DNA of 64,000 bases from a virus (lineage: Duplodnaviria; Caudoviricetes), in the IMG/VR virus record IMGVR_UViG_3300034069_002177, positions 128,001 to 192,000 of that record; one strand, 5' to 3'. Shown here piece after piece: positions 1 to 10,449 of the stretch. A model generated the notes under the pieces. The model searched no databases. It saw nothing but the letters and a program-made list of their open reading frames with translations, and was not told where the DNA came from. Numbering within the stretch: position 1 is the first letter of the stretch; every line of letters begins with the position of its first letter. A program made the position numbers and the translations under genes.

Positions 1-47
1 TTCCAATGTAGCCAGTAACTTCTTTTTATCAATGTGATCGGAACCTA

Positions 48-75
48 TTGCGTTGTCCGCGAGGGGTTGTACACT
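48..75 (+). promoter_or_regulatory. Promoter for nrdIEF (TTGCGT-16-TACACT; also reads as TGTCCG-N10-TACACT, PafBC-like)
   Basis: TTGCGT 48-53, TGTCCG 54-59, TACACT 70-75, upstream of nrdI. Confidence 0.55.
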
Positions 76-85
76 TGACAAACAC

Positions 86-142
86 AAGGTTCCGCAAGGA
101 ACTTTAGCCAAGCCAAACATGCAAAATCTGGCTTGGCTTTTG
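86..142 (+). promoter_or_regulatory. Structured 5' leader: GNRA hairpin followed by terminator-like hairpin
   Basis: AGGTTCC-GCAA-GGAACTT (87-104), then AGCCAAGCCA...TGGCTTGGCT (106-138) ending in a TTTT run. Confidence 0.55.
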
Positions 143-170
143 TGTCCTTACGGATGAATTGGGAGTACGA

Positions 171-629
171 ATGTCTAACGCTATCAACGCTTTAGACGTT
201 CCTGTATCTCCCAATCTCGTTTACTTTTCCTCCGTGTCAGAGAACACCAAAAGGTTCGTTGACAAACTAGGAATTGAAGCAGCACGCATCCCTCTGACCA
301 GAAATGAAGCACCACTAATCGTGGATGCTCCTTATGTCCTGGTCGTCCCTACCTATGGTGGGGAAGTAAATCCAGAGACGGGCAAGATTGATAACGCTGT
401 TCCGAAACAAGTCATCAAGTTCCTCAATGAGGAAAAGAACAGAGGACTGATTCGTGGCGTCATCTCAGCAGGAAACAGAAACTTCGGTGAAGCCTACTGT
501 GCAGCAGGCAGCATCATTGGCGGTAAGTGCAAGGTACCCGTACTTTACCGTTTTGAACTAATGGGTACTATCGACGATGTAGAGCAAGTCCAAGAAGGGT
601 TAAAAGAATTTTGGCAAACACAGCAGTAG
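171..629 (+). CDS. nrdI: Class Ib ribonucleotide reductase flavodoxin NrdI
   Basis: [45 protein letters not shown]; RBS GGAG before ATG 171. Confidence 0.95.
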   Translation: MSNAINALDVPVSPNLVYFSSVSENTKRFVDKLGIEAARIPLTRNEAPLIVDAPYVLVVPTYGGEVNPETGKIDNAVPKQVIKFLNEEKNRGLIRGVISAGNRNFGEAYCAAGSIIGGKCKVPVLYRFELMGTIDDVEQVQEGLKEFWQTQQ

Positions 630-2830
630 ACAGTAAGAACGACGGAGCTTCATTCAAGAGAACGCAAGTAGATATTGCGGATATTGACGAGCGGGCAGAA
701 GAGATCGCTCGCGTGACGGAGGGCTTGGATTACCACGCCATCAACGCGATGCTCAATCTCTATGACAAGGACGGCAAGATTCAGTTCGACATGGACAAGG
801 TGGCAGTTAAACGCTACTTCCTTGACAATGTGAACAAGAACACGGTCTTCTTCCACGATCTTCGCGAGAAGATCGATTATCTAATCGAGAACGAGTATTA
901 CGAGGCGGCAGTCATCGAGCAGTATGATTTCTCCTTCGTGAAGGGTCTGTTCAAGCAGGCTTACGCACACAAGTTCCGTTTCCCCACCTTCTTGGGTGCG
1001 CTCAAGTATTACACCTCCTACACCCTGAAGACGTTCGAGGGCGACAAGTTCCTAGAGCGTTTCGAAGACCGAGTTTGTGTCACCGCTCTCTACCTCGCAC
1101 GCGGCGACGAGAAGCTTGCTTCCGCACTTGTTGACGAGATTATCGGCGGACGATTCCAGCCTGCAACCCCCACCTTCTTGAATGCTGGTAAGGCTCAGCG
1201 CGGTGAACTCGTATCGTGCTTCCTTCTTCGCATCGAAGACAACATGGAGTCCATCAGCCGCGCCATTACGTCCTCACTTCAGCTTTCCAAGCGCGGCGGT
1301 GGTGTTGCCCTTAATCTTTCGAACCTTCGTGAGACCGGTGCGCCCATCAAGAAGATCGCTAACCAGTCGAGTGGTCTCATCCCCGTCATGAAGATGCTCG
1401 AAGACGCATTCTCCTACGCCAACCAGCTTGGTGCTCGTCAGGGTGCAGGTGCCGTCTACCTCAATGTTCACCACCCTGACATTCTGCGCTTCCTCGACAC
1501 CAAGCGTGAAAACGCCGACGAGAAGATCCGAATCAAGACCCTTTCACTCGGAGTTGTCATTCCCGACATCACTTTCGAGCTTGCAAAGAAGGGTGAAGAC
1601 ATGTACCTCTTCTCGCCCTACGATGTCGAGCGCGTCTACGGCATACCTTTCGGTGATATCTCCATCAGTGAGAAGTACGACGAAATGGTGGATAACTCAC
1701 ACATCAAGAAGTACAAGATCAATGCTCGTGAGCTTTTCCAGACCCTCGCTGAGCTTCAGTTCGAGTCCGGTTACCCGTACGTTATGTTCGAAGACACCGT
1801 GAACCGTGCCAACCCCGTCAAGGGTCGCATCAACATGTCCAACCTTTGTTCTGAGATCCTTCAGGTCAACACGCCTACCACGTACAACGCTGATGGCAGC
1901 TACGACGTAACGGGTAAGGATATTTCTTGCAACCTCGGTTCGTTGAACATCGCTATGGCGATGGACTCGCCCGACTTCGCAAAGACCATCGAGACTTCCG
2001 TTCGTGCACTCAGCGCTGTTTCGGACATGAGCGACATCGGTTCCGTACCCTCCATCGAGTACGGAAACCAGTCATCTCACGCCATTGGTCTCGGTCAGAT
2101 GAACCTTCACGGTTACCTCGCTCGCGAGCGTATCTACTACGGTTCTGAAGAAGGTATTGACTTCACCAACATCTACTTCTACACCGTTGCTTATCACGCT
2201 ATCCGCGCGTCCAACATCATCGCCAAGGAGACCGGCGAGAAGTTCGGTGGCTTCGAGGACTCGAAGTACGCTACTGGTGAATACTTCACCAAGTACATCG
2301 AAACTGAGTGGAAGCCCGCCACGGCTCACGTTGCAGAACTGTTCGCTACTTCTGGTATTCAGATTCCTACCCAGGAAGACTGGAAGAAGCTTTCGAAGTC
2401 TGTTCAGAAGCACGGTATCTACAACCAGAACCTCCAGGCTGTACCGCCTACTGGTTCCATCTCATACATCAACAACGCAACCGCATCGATTCACCCCATT
2501 GCGGCTCCCATCGAAATTCGTAAGGAGGGTAAGCTCGGTCGCGTCTACTTCCCCGCTCCCCACATGACGAATGATAATGTCGAGTTCTACCAGGATGCTT
2601 ACGAAATCGGCTACGAGAAGATCGTTGACACCTACGCAGCAGCAACCCAGCACGTCGATCAGGGTCTCTCGCTTACCTTGTTCTTCATGGATACTGCTAC
2701 AACACGTGACATCAACAAGGCTCAGATTTACGCATGGAAAAAGGGCATCAAGACCCTTTATTACATCCGTCTTCGCCAGCTTGCGCTAGAAGGCACTGAG
2801 GTTGACGGTTGCGTTTCCTGCACCCTCTAA
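611..2830 (+). CDS. nrdE: Class Ib ribonucleoside-diphosphate reductase alpha subunit
   Basis: [42 protein letters not shown]-terminal TLYYIR and CVSC; no intein. Confidence 0.97.
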   Translation: MANTAVDSKNDGASFKRTQVDIADIDERAEEIARVTEGLDYHAINAMLNLYDKDGKIQFDMDKVAVKRYFLDNVNKNTVFFHDLREKIDYLIENEYYEAAVIEQYDFSFVKGLFKQAYAHKFRFPTFLGALKYYTSYTLKTFEGDKFLERFEDRVCVTALYLARGDEKLASALVDEIIGGRFQPATPTFLNAGKAQRGELVSCFLLRIEDNMESISRAITSSLQLSKRGGGVALNLSNLRETGAPIKKIANQSSGLIPVMKMLEDAFSYANQLGARQGAGAVYLNVHHPDILRFLDTKRENADEKIRIKTLSLGVVIPDITFELAKKGEDMYLFSPYDVERVYGIPFGDISISEKYDEMVDNSHIKKYKINARELFQTLAELQFESGYPYVMFEDTVNRANPVKGRINMSNLCSEILQVNTPTTYNADGSYDVTGKDISCNLGSLNIAMAMDSPDFAKTIETSVRALSAVSDMSDIGSVPSIEYGNQSSHAIGLGQMNLHGYLARERIYYGSEEGIDFTNIYFYTVAYHAIRASNIIAKETGEKFGGFEDSKYATGEYFTKYIETEWKPATAHVAELFATSGIQIPTQEDWKKLSKSVQKHGIYNQNLQAVPPTGSISYINNATASIHPIAAPIEIRKEGKLGRVYFPAPHMTNDNVEFYQDAYEIGYEKIVDTYAAATQHVDQGLSLTLFFMDTATTRDINKAQIYAWKKGIKTLYYIRLRQLALEGTEVDGCVSCTL

Positions 2831-2835
2831 TCTAG

Positions 2836-3909
<1,074 letters not shown>

Positions 3910-3918
3910 CCCAGCAAT

Positions 3919-3957
3919 AAAAGAAGCCCCGGAGAGAAAATCTCCGGGGCTTCTTTT
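3919..3957. terminator. Bidirectional intrinsic terminator
   Basis: 17-bp perfect IR AAAAGAAGCCCCGGAGA/TCTCCGGGGCTTCTTTT between convergent genes. Confidence 0.9.
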
Positions 3958-3965
3958 GCGTGGTC

Positions 3966-4700
3966 TTACTTAGTCGGCAGTGACGTGAACCCGATAGGTG
4001 CTGCCCCATCGATGAGGCGATCATCGTATTCGGGGAAACGCTGCGTAAGCTCGATGATATTCATGGCGTGATGTGTGATGAAAGTGCTGTGCAGATGCCC
4101 TGATACAGCATCGAGGTTCTCGCCCGCCCAGAATTTCACAGAATGCTCTTGTAGCTTGGCATATTCATCGCTCCATGCGCGTCCATCAGTTGTGACGGGT
4201 TCGGCGTGGTTCTCACCGTAGAACCGTGCAAGTTCGGCAAGCGGTCGCAACGGAAGTAGATCGAAACGAGGCTCGACCTCAGCACCCGAACGGCGAATAA
4301 GATCTTGATGCTTGGCGGGATATTCCTTGCTCTCAATAACGCCGACTTCGAAATCATGCTCAACAGCATCCGGTGCAACGGGGCGGTCGTCGAACTTCTG
4401 GAAGGTGTAGAAGAATTCCGTCAGAGCGAAGCCGTGCCAAGCAACAGAAGCCATATGACTGACATTCATTTCGAGGTCAATGTCCTCGCCGGACCAGAAC
4501 AGGTTTGCGTGGCGTTGCAGGCTGGCGTACGACTTCCGCCATTCATAACCTCTACGGAAGTTGTGATCGGCGTATTTACGCGCACCAACTCCATACAACC
4601 GAGCCAACTCGGTCAATGCATTCGGAGGAATCTTGTCATAGGCTTGAACCTTGACGCCTTTTTCTCCACCAGTGGATGAGACTGAACGAACTTCTGCCAT
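3966..4700 (-). CDS. dATP/dGTP diphosphohydrolase-like protein (dGTP_diPhyd_N/DUF5664) with two tandem copies of the domain
   Basis: GEKGVK..YDKIPP.ALTELARLYGVGARKYADHNFRRGYEW...HMASVAWH, then a degenerate copy RFDLLPLRPLAELARFYG...FWAGENLD..SGHLH. Confidence 0.75.
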   Translation of the reverse strand: MAEVRSVSSTGGEKGVKVQAYDKIPPNALTELARLYGVGARKYADHNFRRGYEWRKSYASLQRHANLFWSGEDIDLEMNVSHMASVAWHGFALTEFFYTFQKFDDRPVAPDAVEHDFEVGVIESKEYPAKHQDLIRRSGAEVEPRFDLLPLRPLAELARFYGENHAEPVTTDGRAWSDEYAKLQEHSVKFWAGENLDAVSGHLHSTFITHHAMNIIELTQRFPEYDDRLIDGAAPIGFTSLPTK

Positions 4701-4781
4701 GTGCTACACACTCCTAAATCTGTGGAAGTCTACAACGGCATTAGTCAACAAGCAATAGGCACTAGTGAGAAGTTTGGCGGG

Positions 4782-4803
4782 TGTCGGTCCTCCGTGAGAT
4801 AGT
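4782..4803 (+). promoter_or_regulatory. PafBC/RecA-NDp-like promoter TGTCGG-N10-GATAGT
   Basis: TGTCGG 4782-4787, GATAGT 4798-4803, RBS GAAAGG then ATG 4826. Confidence 0.5.
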
Positions 4804-4825
4804 AGTGTTACGAAAGGTAATCGTC

Positions 4826-5899
4826 ATGCAGAAAACAGCCCCATCGCCATCGACTACACGCGCCGGATTGGTGCTTGTACCAAAGGTGGATAAGAATGGT
4901 CGTCAGACACGCGTATGGGTTCGCAAGGATGATCTTTCGGGTGCTCAGCTAAGTCGTGTTGTCTTCCGCCCTAGCACTGTTGCTAGCAATCGTCTTTACT
5001 CGGCAGGATTTGACAGCAGAGAAATCAAGACAAGTCCTTGGGGTAAGGTAAACAAGGTCGAAGAAATCCACGCAGGTATCTACTCGGTTGACGCCGATGA
5101 GGGCAAAGGGGTATTCCTTTCACCAGCACGCCAGGATGAAATTGATGAGGCGTGGAAATTGGGTGAGGGCGATGGGTGGTACTCAGCGGACGGTATGGAA
5201 TGGTCAGTTATTCCCTACACATTTCCAGAAGAATTTGGAGAAGAAGCGTCTGAGCAGGCTGCTGAAAATCTCCGCGACTACTACCCTCACGAATACACCG
5301 AAGTAACCGGAGAAATTGTTTACGAAGAAGAGTCTTACGTTCTTTCCGCCGAGGCATTCGATCAAGCTCATGAAGGTGAATACGCAGCAACCTCTATGGA
5401 GGATGGCGTCAACGAAGATGAAGTAATCATCACTGCTAGTCGTATTGGTGAAGAAGGAGATGACGCGGAGTTCATCGTTTCCAAGGAAGAGCTAAAAGAC
5501 GATGGTGAACTTCCCAAGGGGCACCGTAAGCTCATTGACGAAGAGAAGCACCCTCGCACAAATCCAGAAATCGAAGCGCTCAAGCGAGAACTAAAGGATG
5601 CCATCAAGGGTGCACTTATCGCCAAGTTCCCTCGGTCGAAGTATGTCATTTCGACCTACTATGTCACTAAGGCGACGATGCAGGGTATCAATAAGAAACG
5701 CTCTGCTGACGACGAAGATGAGTACATCAGCAAAGACTGGGGACTTAGAGGTATGCAGAAGGGCTTTATGAGCCAACTGATTGTGGAACTGAAAAATCAC
5801 TCCCAGCCTCGGACAGCAGACGAAGAATACGCCCGACAGATGCGTAAATATCGCCGTCAGCAGCGTAACCGCAGATGGATGCAAAGAATTATTGGATAA
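4826..5899 (+). CDS. Hypothetical protein with N-terminal GLVLVPKVDKNGRQTRVWVR module and DUF7007-like domain
   Basis: SPWG...GIY...FLS..R...GWYS.DG.EW...TFPEEF...LRDYYPHEY resembles plasmid DUF7007; ATG 4826 has RBS. Confidence 0.55.
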   Translation: MQKTAPSPSTTRAGLVLVPKVDKNGRQTRVWVRKDDLSGAQLSRVVFRPSTVASNRLYSAGFDSREIKTSPWGKVNKVEEIHAGIYSVDADEGKGVFLSPARQDEIDEAWKLGEGDGWYSADGMEWSVIPYTFPEEFGEEASEQAAENLRDYYPHEYTEVTGEIVYEEESYVLSAEAFDQAHEGEYAATSMEDGVNEDEVIITASRIGEEGDDAEFIVSKEELKDDGELPKGHRKLIDEEKHPRTNPEIEALKRELKDAIKGALIAKFPRSKYVISTYYVTKATMQGINKKRSADDEDEYISKDWGLRGMQKGFMSQLIVELKNHSQPRTADEEYARQMRKYRRQQRNRRWMQRIIG

Positions 5900-5903
5900 T
5901 GAT

Positions 5904-5933
5904 TTGACATCGCTCTGAGTTCCGTGGTACCTT
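5904..5933 (+). promoter_or_regulatory. sigmaA promoter TTGACA-18-TACCTT (extended -10 TGG)
   Basis: Direct reading upstream of 5972. Confidence 0.65.
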
Positions 5934-5971
5934 TCTTATGTCAGCCAGTCCAGAACGGGAAAGAGTAAATC

Positions 5972-7441
5972 ATGGGTAGCATCATTGCAGGTGGTAGTAG
6001 CAACTACCGTAAGCTCACCAACGAGCAGCGCGACTTCTTCGACACCATCGCCATTCGCGCCATGTCGAACAACGTCGGCGCTCCGTACCTGCGTTCGCAG
6101 ATCGTTTCGCTCTACCCCATTGCCGTTGGTGATGAGATGGGCGAGCACTTCACTTTCGCCGTTGACAAGCGCGGTCGCGTCTACATCAACTTCGAGCGTG
6201 TCATGGAACTCGGAATCGTCTGGGCTGCCGGTGGACTCATTCACGAGTGCTGGCACGTTCTGCTTCAGCACTTCGACCGTCGTCAGCCCGAGCACAAGGT
6301 CGAGGACTTCTGGGCGTGGGCTACCGACATGGAGATCAACCAGAACCTTCCTGCCGACGCCAAGGCTGTCATGAAGCAGATCTACTACCCCAGCAGCTTC
6401 GGTTTCCAGGATGGTCTCCGCGCCGAGGAATACTACGACCTGCTCGTGGAGAAGTTCAAGGACCAGCAGAAGAAGCAGAAGCAGGGCAAGCAGGGACAGC
6501 CTCAGCAGGGTCAGGGCGGTGGTCAGGGTCAGGGACAGCCTCAGCAGGGCGATGGTCAGCCTCAGCAGGGTCAGGGCGGTGGCAGTGGTCAGCCTCAGCA
6601 GGGTCAGCCTGGTACCGGTCGGGGTAAGAGCGGTATGGACACTCCGTTCCAGTCCGACATGGATGACTGCGGTTCCGCTCAGCACGGTCATGGTGACCCT
6701 CGCGAAGCCGGTCGTGGTGACGCTCCCGAGCGTAGCGAAATGGACCACCAGTACACCCGCAACGAGGTTGCTAACAGCATCCAGCGTGCCGCTGACAGCG
6801 CCAACGACCCCAACCGTCGTAGCAAGGGTATCGGTACCGTTCCCGACTTCGTGAAGGCGTGGGCGGCTGAAATTCTGACGCCGCCGAAGGTTCGCTGGCA
6901 GAGTGTTCTGCGTGGCGAGTACGCCATGACTCAGCGGCGTGCCAAGATGGGTCGTACGCACACCAACCCGCGTATGCCTGGTCGTGTTCAGCCTGTCGAG
7001 GACATCATGTTCCCGAAGCGTAAGGCTCACCGCATCAACGTTGGTATCGCGTTCGATTCGTCGGGCTCGAACTTCGACAACCTCCAGTACGTTCTCACGG
7101 AGGTCAACGAGATCATTCGCCGTGGCGGTGTGGATAACGTCTACATCTTCTCGGTGGACGCTGACGTAAAGGATGTCAAGCGCATCCGCCGCGTGTCGGA
7201 GATCGAGTTCGTGGGTGGCGGCGGAACCGACATGCGTGTTGCCTTCACCAAGCTCGCTGAAATGAAGGTCGATGTCGGTATCGTCCTGACGGACAACGAG
7301 ACCCCCTGGCCCGCCGAGAAGCCGGAGGGAAAGACCCACTTCATCGTGGGTGGAATCGTTAGCTACGCTGGTGCTGAGCAGTATTACGACCAGATTCCTG
7401 ACTTCCTCCGCAAGGTCAAGATCGACCTCACCGACAAGTAA
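5972..7441 (+). CDS. DUF2201-type zincin metallopeptidase-vWA protein (partner of MoxR ATPase)
   Basis: HECWH zinc motif, Q/G-rich linker, MIDAS DSSGS, GGGGTD, LTD. Confidence 0.85.
   Translation: MGSIIAGGSSNYRKLTNEQRDFFDTIAIRAMSNNVGAPYLRSQIVSLYPIAVGDEMGEHFTFAVDKRGRVYINFERVMELGIVWAAGGLIHECWHVLLQHFDRRQPEHKVEDFWAWATDMEINQNLPADAKAVMKQIYYPSSFGFQDGLRAEEYYDLLVEKFKDQQKKQKQGKQGQPQQGQGGGQGQGQPQQGDGQPQQGQGGGSGQPQQGQPGTGRGKSGMDTPFQSDMDDCGSAQHGHGDPREAGRGDAPERSEMDHQYTRNEVANSIQRAADSANDPNRRSKGIGTVPDFVKAWAAEILTPPKVRWQSVLRGEYAMTQRRAKMGRTHTNPRMPGRVQPVEDIMFPKRKAHRINVGIAFDSSGSNFDNLQYVLTEVNEIIRRGGVDNVYIFSVDADVKDVKRIRRVSEIEFVGGGGTDMRVAFTKLAEMKVDVGIVLTDNETPWPAEKPEGKTHFIVGGIVSYAGAEQYYDQIPDFLRKVKIDLTDK
6482..6610 (+). 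repeat. Intragenic direct repeats encoding QPQQGQG linker
   Basis: CAGCCTCAGCAGGG at 6497, 6536, 6557, 6590; 26-nt exact repeat at 6497 and 6557. Confidence 0.9.
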
Positions 7442-7474
7442 TCCAAGAAATTTCGAAAAAGTTCCAAAATCAAC

Positions 7475-7503
7475 TTGACAAGTGGTTTGAAAACCCCTAG
7501 TCT
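7475..7503 (+). promoter_or_regulatory. sigmaA promoter TTGACA-17-TAGTCT
   Basis: Near-consensus promoter upstream of 7545. Confidence 0.8.
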
Positions 7504-7544
7504 ATAAATGTCAGTCAAAACAAATACACGAAAGAGAGACACAA

Positions 7545-8744
7545 ATGTCCGACGCAATTGCACTCACCAAGGCTACCGAGACCGCCACGGTCATCCCCGC
7601 CACCTTCGCCGGTCCTAGCTGGTTCGCCACGTCCGATGAGGGTGTTGCCCAGCAGGCATTCATCGAGACCATGCTCCGCGCTGGTATCCCTCCCATCCTC
7701 TGGGGTCCGCCCGGTTCCGGTAAGACCCAGACCGTCTTCGCCATTGCTCACAAGCTCGGCTATGACGTGCAGGTCGTCATCGGTGCCCGCAAGGAGCCCA
7801 CCTTCCTCGAAGGTATCCCGATTGTCGTCCGTCCCGAGGGCAAGCGCGCCACCACGGTCAACGCTCTCCCCGAGTGGTTCGAGTACGCGATGGCTCACCC
7901 TCGTACCATCATCTTCTTCGATGAGATCGGTTCCATCAGCGAGGACGTGCAGGCTTCGATGCTCTCCGTCATCGAGGAGCGCGAGATCGATGGAGTCAAG
8001 CTGCCCGACGAGGTTCGCTTCATCGCTGCTGGTAACGACATCGACCAGGCGGCGAACGGTCAGTACCTCGCTCCGCCGTTCGCGAACCGTTTCGCGCACC
8101 ACAACTTCAACCTCCCCGACATGGACTGGGTGGACGGTTTCCGCCAGAACTTCGGCAAGCCTGCCGATGACCGCCTCAAGGCTGAGCTTGCTCGACTCAG
8201 CGGTTACCTGTACACCAACAGCACCGCTATCTCGCCCAAGGTGGACACGAACCCCGAGAAGTCGGGCAAGGCGTGGGCTTCGCGTCGCACGTGGACCAAG
8301 CTCGCTCAGGCTCTCGCTCACACCGCACCCGAGGACCGCATCGTCCGCGACATGACAATTGCTTCGCTCGTCGGTCTCGACCAGGGTGCCGCCTTCAAGA
8401 CGTGGGATGCCGCGCTCAACTTCCCCGAGATCGACGAACTGCTCGCTCTCGCCAAGGACGAGAAGCACGACTGGGGTTCCTACGACACCGACAAGGTGTA
8501 CTCGATGCTCGCCTACGCTCTCAACTTCCTCAAGAAGGAGAACTTCGAGCAGGTCGTGGACTTCTTCGTCGCTGTCGGTGACAAGCACCAGGCTGTCGGC
8601 TTCGTCATGTCGGGTCAGCTTGCCTCGCGCATTCTCCCCCTGTTCGGTGTTTCCGAGAGCGAACTCCCCAAGGAGGTGTACGTCCAGCTTGGTAAGCTGA
8701 GCAAGTCGTACAAGCGCACTCAGGAAGCCGCTGGCGGTCGCTGA
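7545..8744 (+). CDS. MoxR-like AAA+ ATPase
   Basis: Walker A WGPPGSGKT, Walker B IIFFDEI, IAAGN, FANRFAH; adjacent to vWA gene. Confidence 0.88.
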   Translation: MSDAIALTKATETATVIPATFAGPSWFATSDEGVAQQAFIETMLRAGIPPILWGPPGSGKTQTVFAIAHKLGYDVQVVIGARKEPTFLEGIPIVVRPEGKRATTVNALPEWFEYAMAHPRTIIFFDEIGSISEDVQASMLSVIEEREIDGVKLPDEVRFIAAGNDIDQAANGQYLAPPFANRFAHHNFNLPDMDWVDGFRQNFGKPADDRLKAELARLSGYLYTNSTAISPKVDTNPEKSGKAWASRRTWTKLAQALAHTAPEDRIVRDMTIASLVGLDQGAAFKTWDAALNFPEIDELLALAKDEKHDWGSYDTDKVYSMLAYALNFLKKENFEQVVDFFVAVGDKHQAVGFVMSGQLASRILPLFGVSESELPKEVYVQLGKLSKSYKRTQEAAGGR

Positions 8745-8749
8745 AAGAA

Positions 8750-8867
8750 TTCGGACCGCCGACCTCTTTCTCGGCGGTCCGAAGAGTGGGCGACCACTGA
8801 CTGACATCTGAATGTCGCCCCAAGGTGGGATGCACAACTAACTATTTGAAGTTATGTGCATCCCACC
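8750..8867 (+). other. Three consecutive hairpins (terminator plus possible structured RNA or operator)
   Basis: 13-bp IR 8750-8783; 7-bp IR 8788-8820; 13+5-bp IR 8824-8867. Confidence 0.6.
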
Positions 8868-8887
8868 CCTCGTTAACAGGAGAAATC

Positions 8888-9715
8888 ATGATCACCGTTC
8901 GTAATGGATATGTCAGAATCCCCATGCCGAGCCTCGAAGCCGTTTGTCGAGTCATTCGCGCAATCCGAACTACGAATAGCGAAACCTCTCTTGAAATGAA
9001 GTTTCGCAAGAGCAACTTGTATGACTTGCTCAAGGGCAAGAACGCTGCCTCTGGCTCTACTTATGATGACGCGGTATTGCTTGTGAACCTATGGCTGAAC
9101 AAGCCCGGTTATCTTTCAGCGGTCATTGGCATGAATGCCGAAAATTCTAGGGAGATAGTCTTCTATTCCGACACAAACACTGTCGATGGTGCCGCCAATT
9201 TTGCTCACCATTTCCTTTCTCAGAACATCGATACTTTTCGCGCCAACGAGAACATTGTCGCCTTTCTGGTCGATGTCTACCGTATCCCAATGGCACGAGC
9301 AGCCTATTTTGGTGCATTCGTTGATGGTATCTCAGGCAAAGACCTCACTGCCTTCAAGACTCTTGAACTTAGCCCCGAGGAAGTATTCGTCTACAAGACC
9401 AAAGGAATGATTATCACCAATCCTCAGGGAATCAAAGACGATTACCTTGCTATCAAAACCGCTACGGGTTCGGCTGAGTCAGTTCTTTTTGCCTCCATTG
9501 GATTCAATACGAAACTCAGTATCGAAGTAATCAACCACGAAATTAGTTTCATGAGCTTCATGGATATTCTTCGTCGAGGCGATTCCATGCGTGAGTTGTC
9601 AATCATGTTCGAGTACACAATCGATCCGTTCCTCATGAAGGCTTTGAACGACGCTGAGAGCCTCGGATACGCCACAGAGGGCTTCGTTCTCATGGGGCTT
9701 TCCAACGCTGCGTAG
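8888..9715 (+). CDS. Hypothetical protein
   Basis: Long ORF, RBS AGGAG before ATG 8888; no recognised motif. Confidence 0.7.
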   Translation: MITVRNGYVRIPMPSLEAVCRVIRAIRTTNSETSLEMKFRKSNLYDLLKGKNAASGSTYDDAVLLVNLWLNKPGYLSAVIGMNAENSREIVFYSDTNTVDGAANFAHHFLSQNIDTFRANENIVAFLVDVYRIPMARAAYFGAFVDGISGKDLTAFKTLELSPEEVFVYKTKGMIITNPQGIKDDYLAIKTATGSAESVLFASIGFNTKLSIEVINHEISFMSFMDILRRGDSMRELSIMFEYTIDPFLMKALNDAESLGYATEGFVLMGLSNAA

Positions 9716-9722
9716 CCGATTC

Positions 9723-9744
9723 TGTCGGTGGTGGGTGCCATCAT
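9723..9744 (+). promoter_or_regulatory. PafBC/RecA-NDp-like promoter TGTCGG(TG)-N10-CATCAT
   Basis: TGTCGG 9723-9728, CATCAT 9739-9744. Confidence 0.5.
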
Positions 9745-9791
9745 AGAGGTACGCGGCAAAGTCTTCGCGTTCAATTAGAGGAAGCCACATC

Positions 9792-10355
9792 GTGAACGCG
9801 GTAGCTATCAAATGCAGAAAATGCAACAGAACCACACTCGATCCTAGTGGACTTTGTTTCTACCACAAGAACTCAACGAACACAGCTAAGGCTACTCGCT
9901 CGGTACCAGCACTAAAGTCCTCATCGAGCAACGGAGAAGACTTCCCAAAGTCGCAAGGATGGTTGGCTCATGAAACGGGGATTAGCGTAGCTGACTACGC
10001 ACAAGGCGTTTCGATGCTAGATCTGCCCGAAGATGAACAGTTCGTTCACTGGATGAAGGCACGCGTATCTATCAGGGCAATAGAGTCTGTTTATGCTCGC
10101 AAGGGTGTGGATGGCGCAAAGGATTACGCAAATAGCTGTGATGACACATCTTTAGCGCTCATTTGGGAGAGGCTAAACGGAAGCACGATGTCCGAGTTCA
10201 CAAGTGACGGACTCCGCGAAGGTTTCGTATCCGTAGTACGCGACCAAGTGGAACAGCGTGTCGAAAATGGCACCTTTGCGCCACTTCCTATTGATGGATA
10301 TATCCAAGCTTTCGGTGCATCTGATGAGCCGAGCAGCGCTTCTAGCTTCTTCTGA
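9792..10355 (+). CDS. Hypothetical protein with N-terminal C-C-C-H zinc knuckle
   Basis: KCRKCNRTTLDPSGLCFYH, then S/T/K linker; RBS AGAGGAAG, GTG start. Confidence 0.7.
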   Translation: MNAVAIKCRKCNRTTLDPSGLCFYHKNSTNTAKATRSVPALKSSSSNGEDFPKSQGWLAHETGISVADYAQGVSMLDLPEDEQFVHWMKARVSIRAIESVYARKGVDGAKDYANSCDDTSLALIWERLNGSTMSEFTSDGLREGFVSVVRDQVEQRVENGTFAPLPIDGYIQAFGASDEPSSASSFF

Positions 10356-10449
10356 AAATCGACTCGTTTGGGGTGGTCGTAAACAGCATTGTCGCCGTTT
10401 CGCTCTGATAGCATGAACCCGCTTAATAGGGATCGCTTGAAGAATTGGA

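Noticed and set aside
1-170. NrdR boxes or DnaA boxes at the nrd promoter
   Set aside because: Only weak matches (two or more mismatches)
3966-4700. 2-aminoadenine (Z) genome pathway
   Set aside because: No purZ, datZ or family-A polymerase here; the domain alone is insufficient
5936-8837. Long antisense ORFs (467 aa and 440 aa) opposite the vWA and MoxR genes
   Set aside because: Shadow frames of strongly codon-biased sense genes; no RBS or motifs
10389-10414. TGTCGC...TAGCAT as another PafBC-like promoter for the double-HTH gene
   Set aside because: 13-nt spacer and mismatched core
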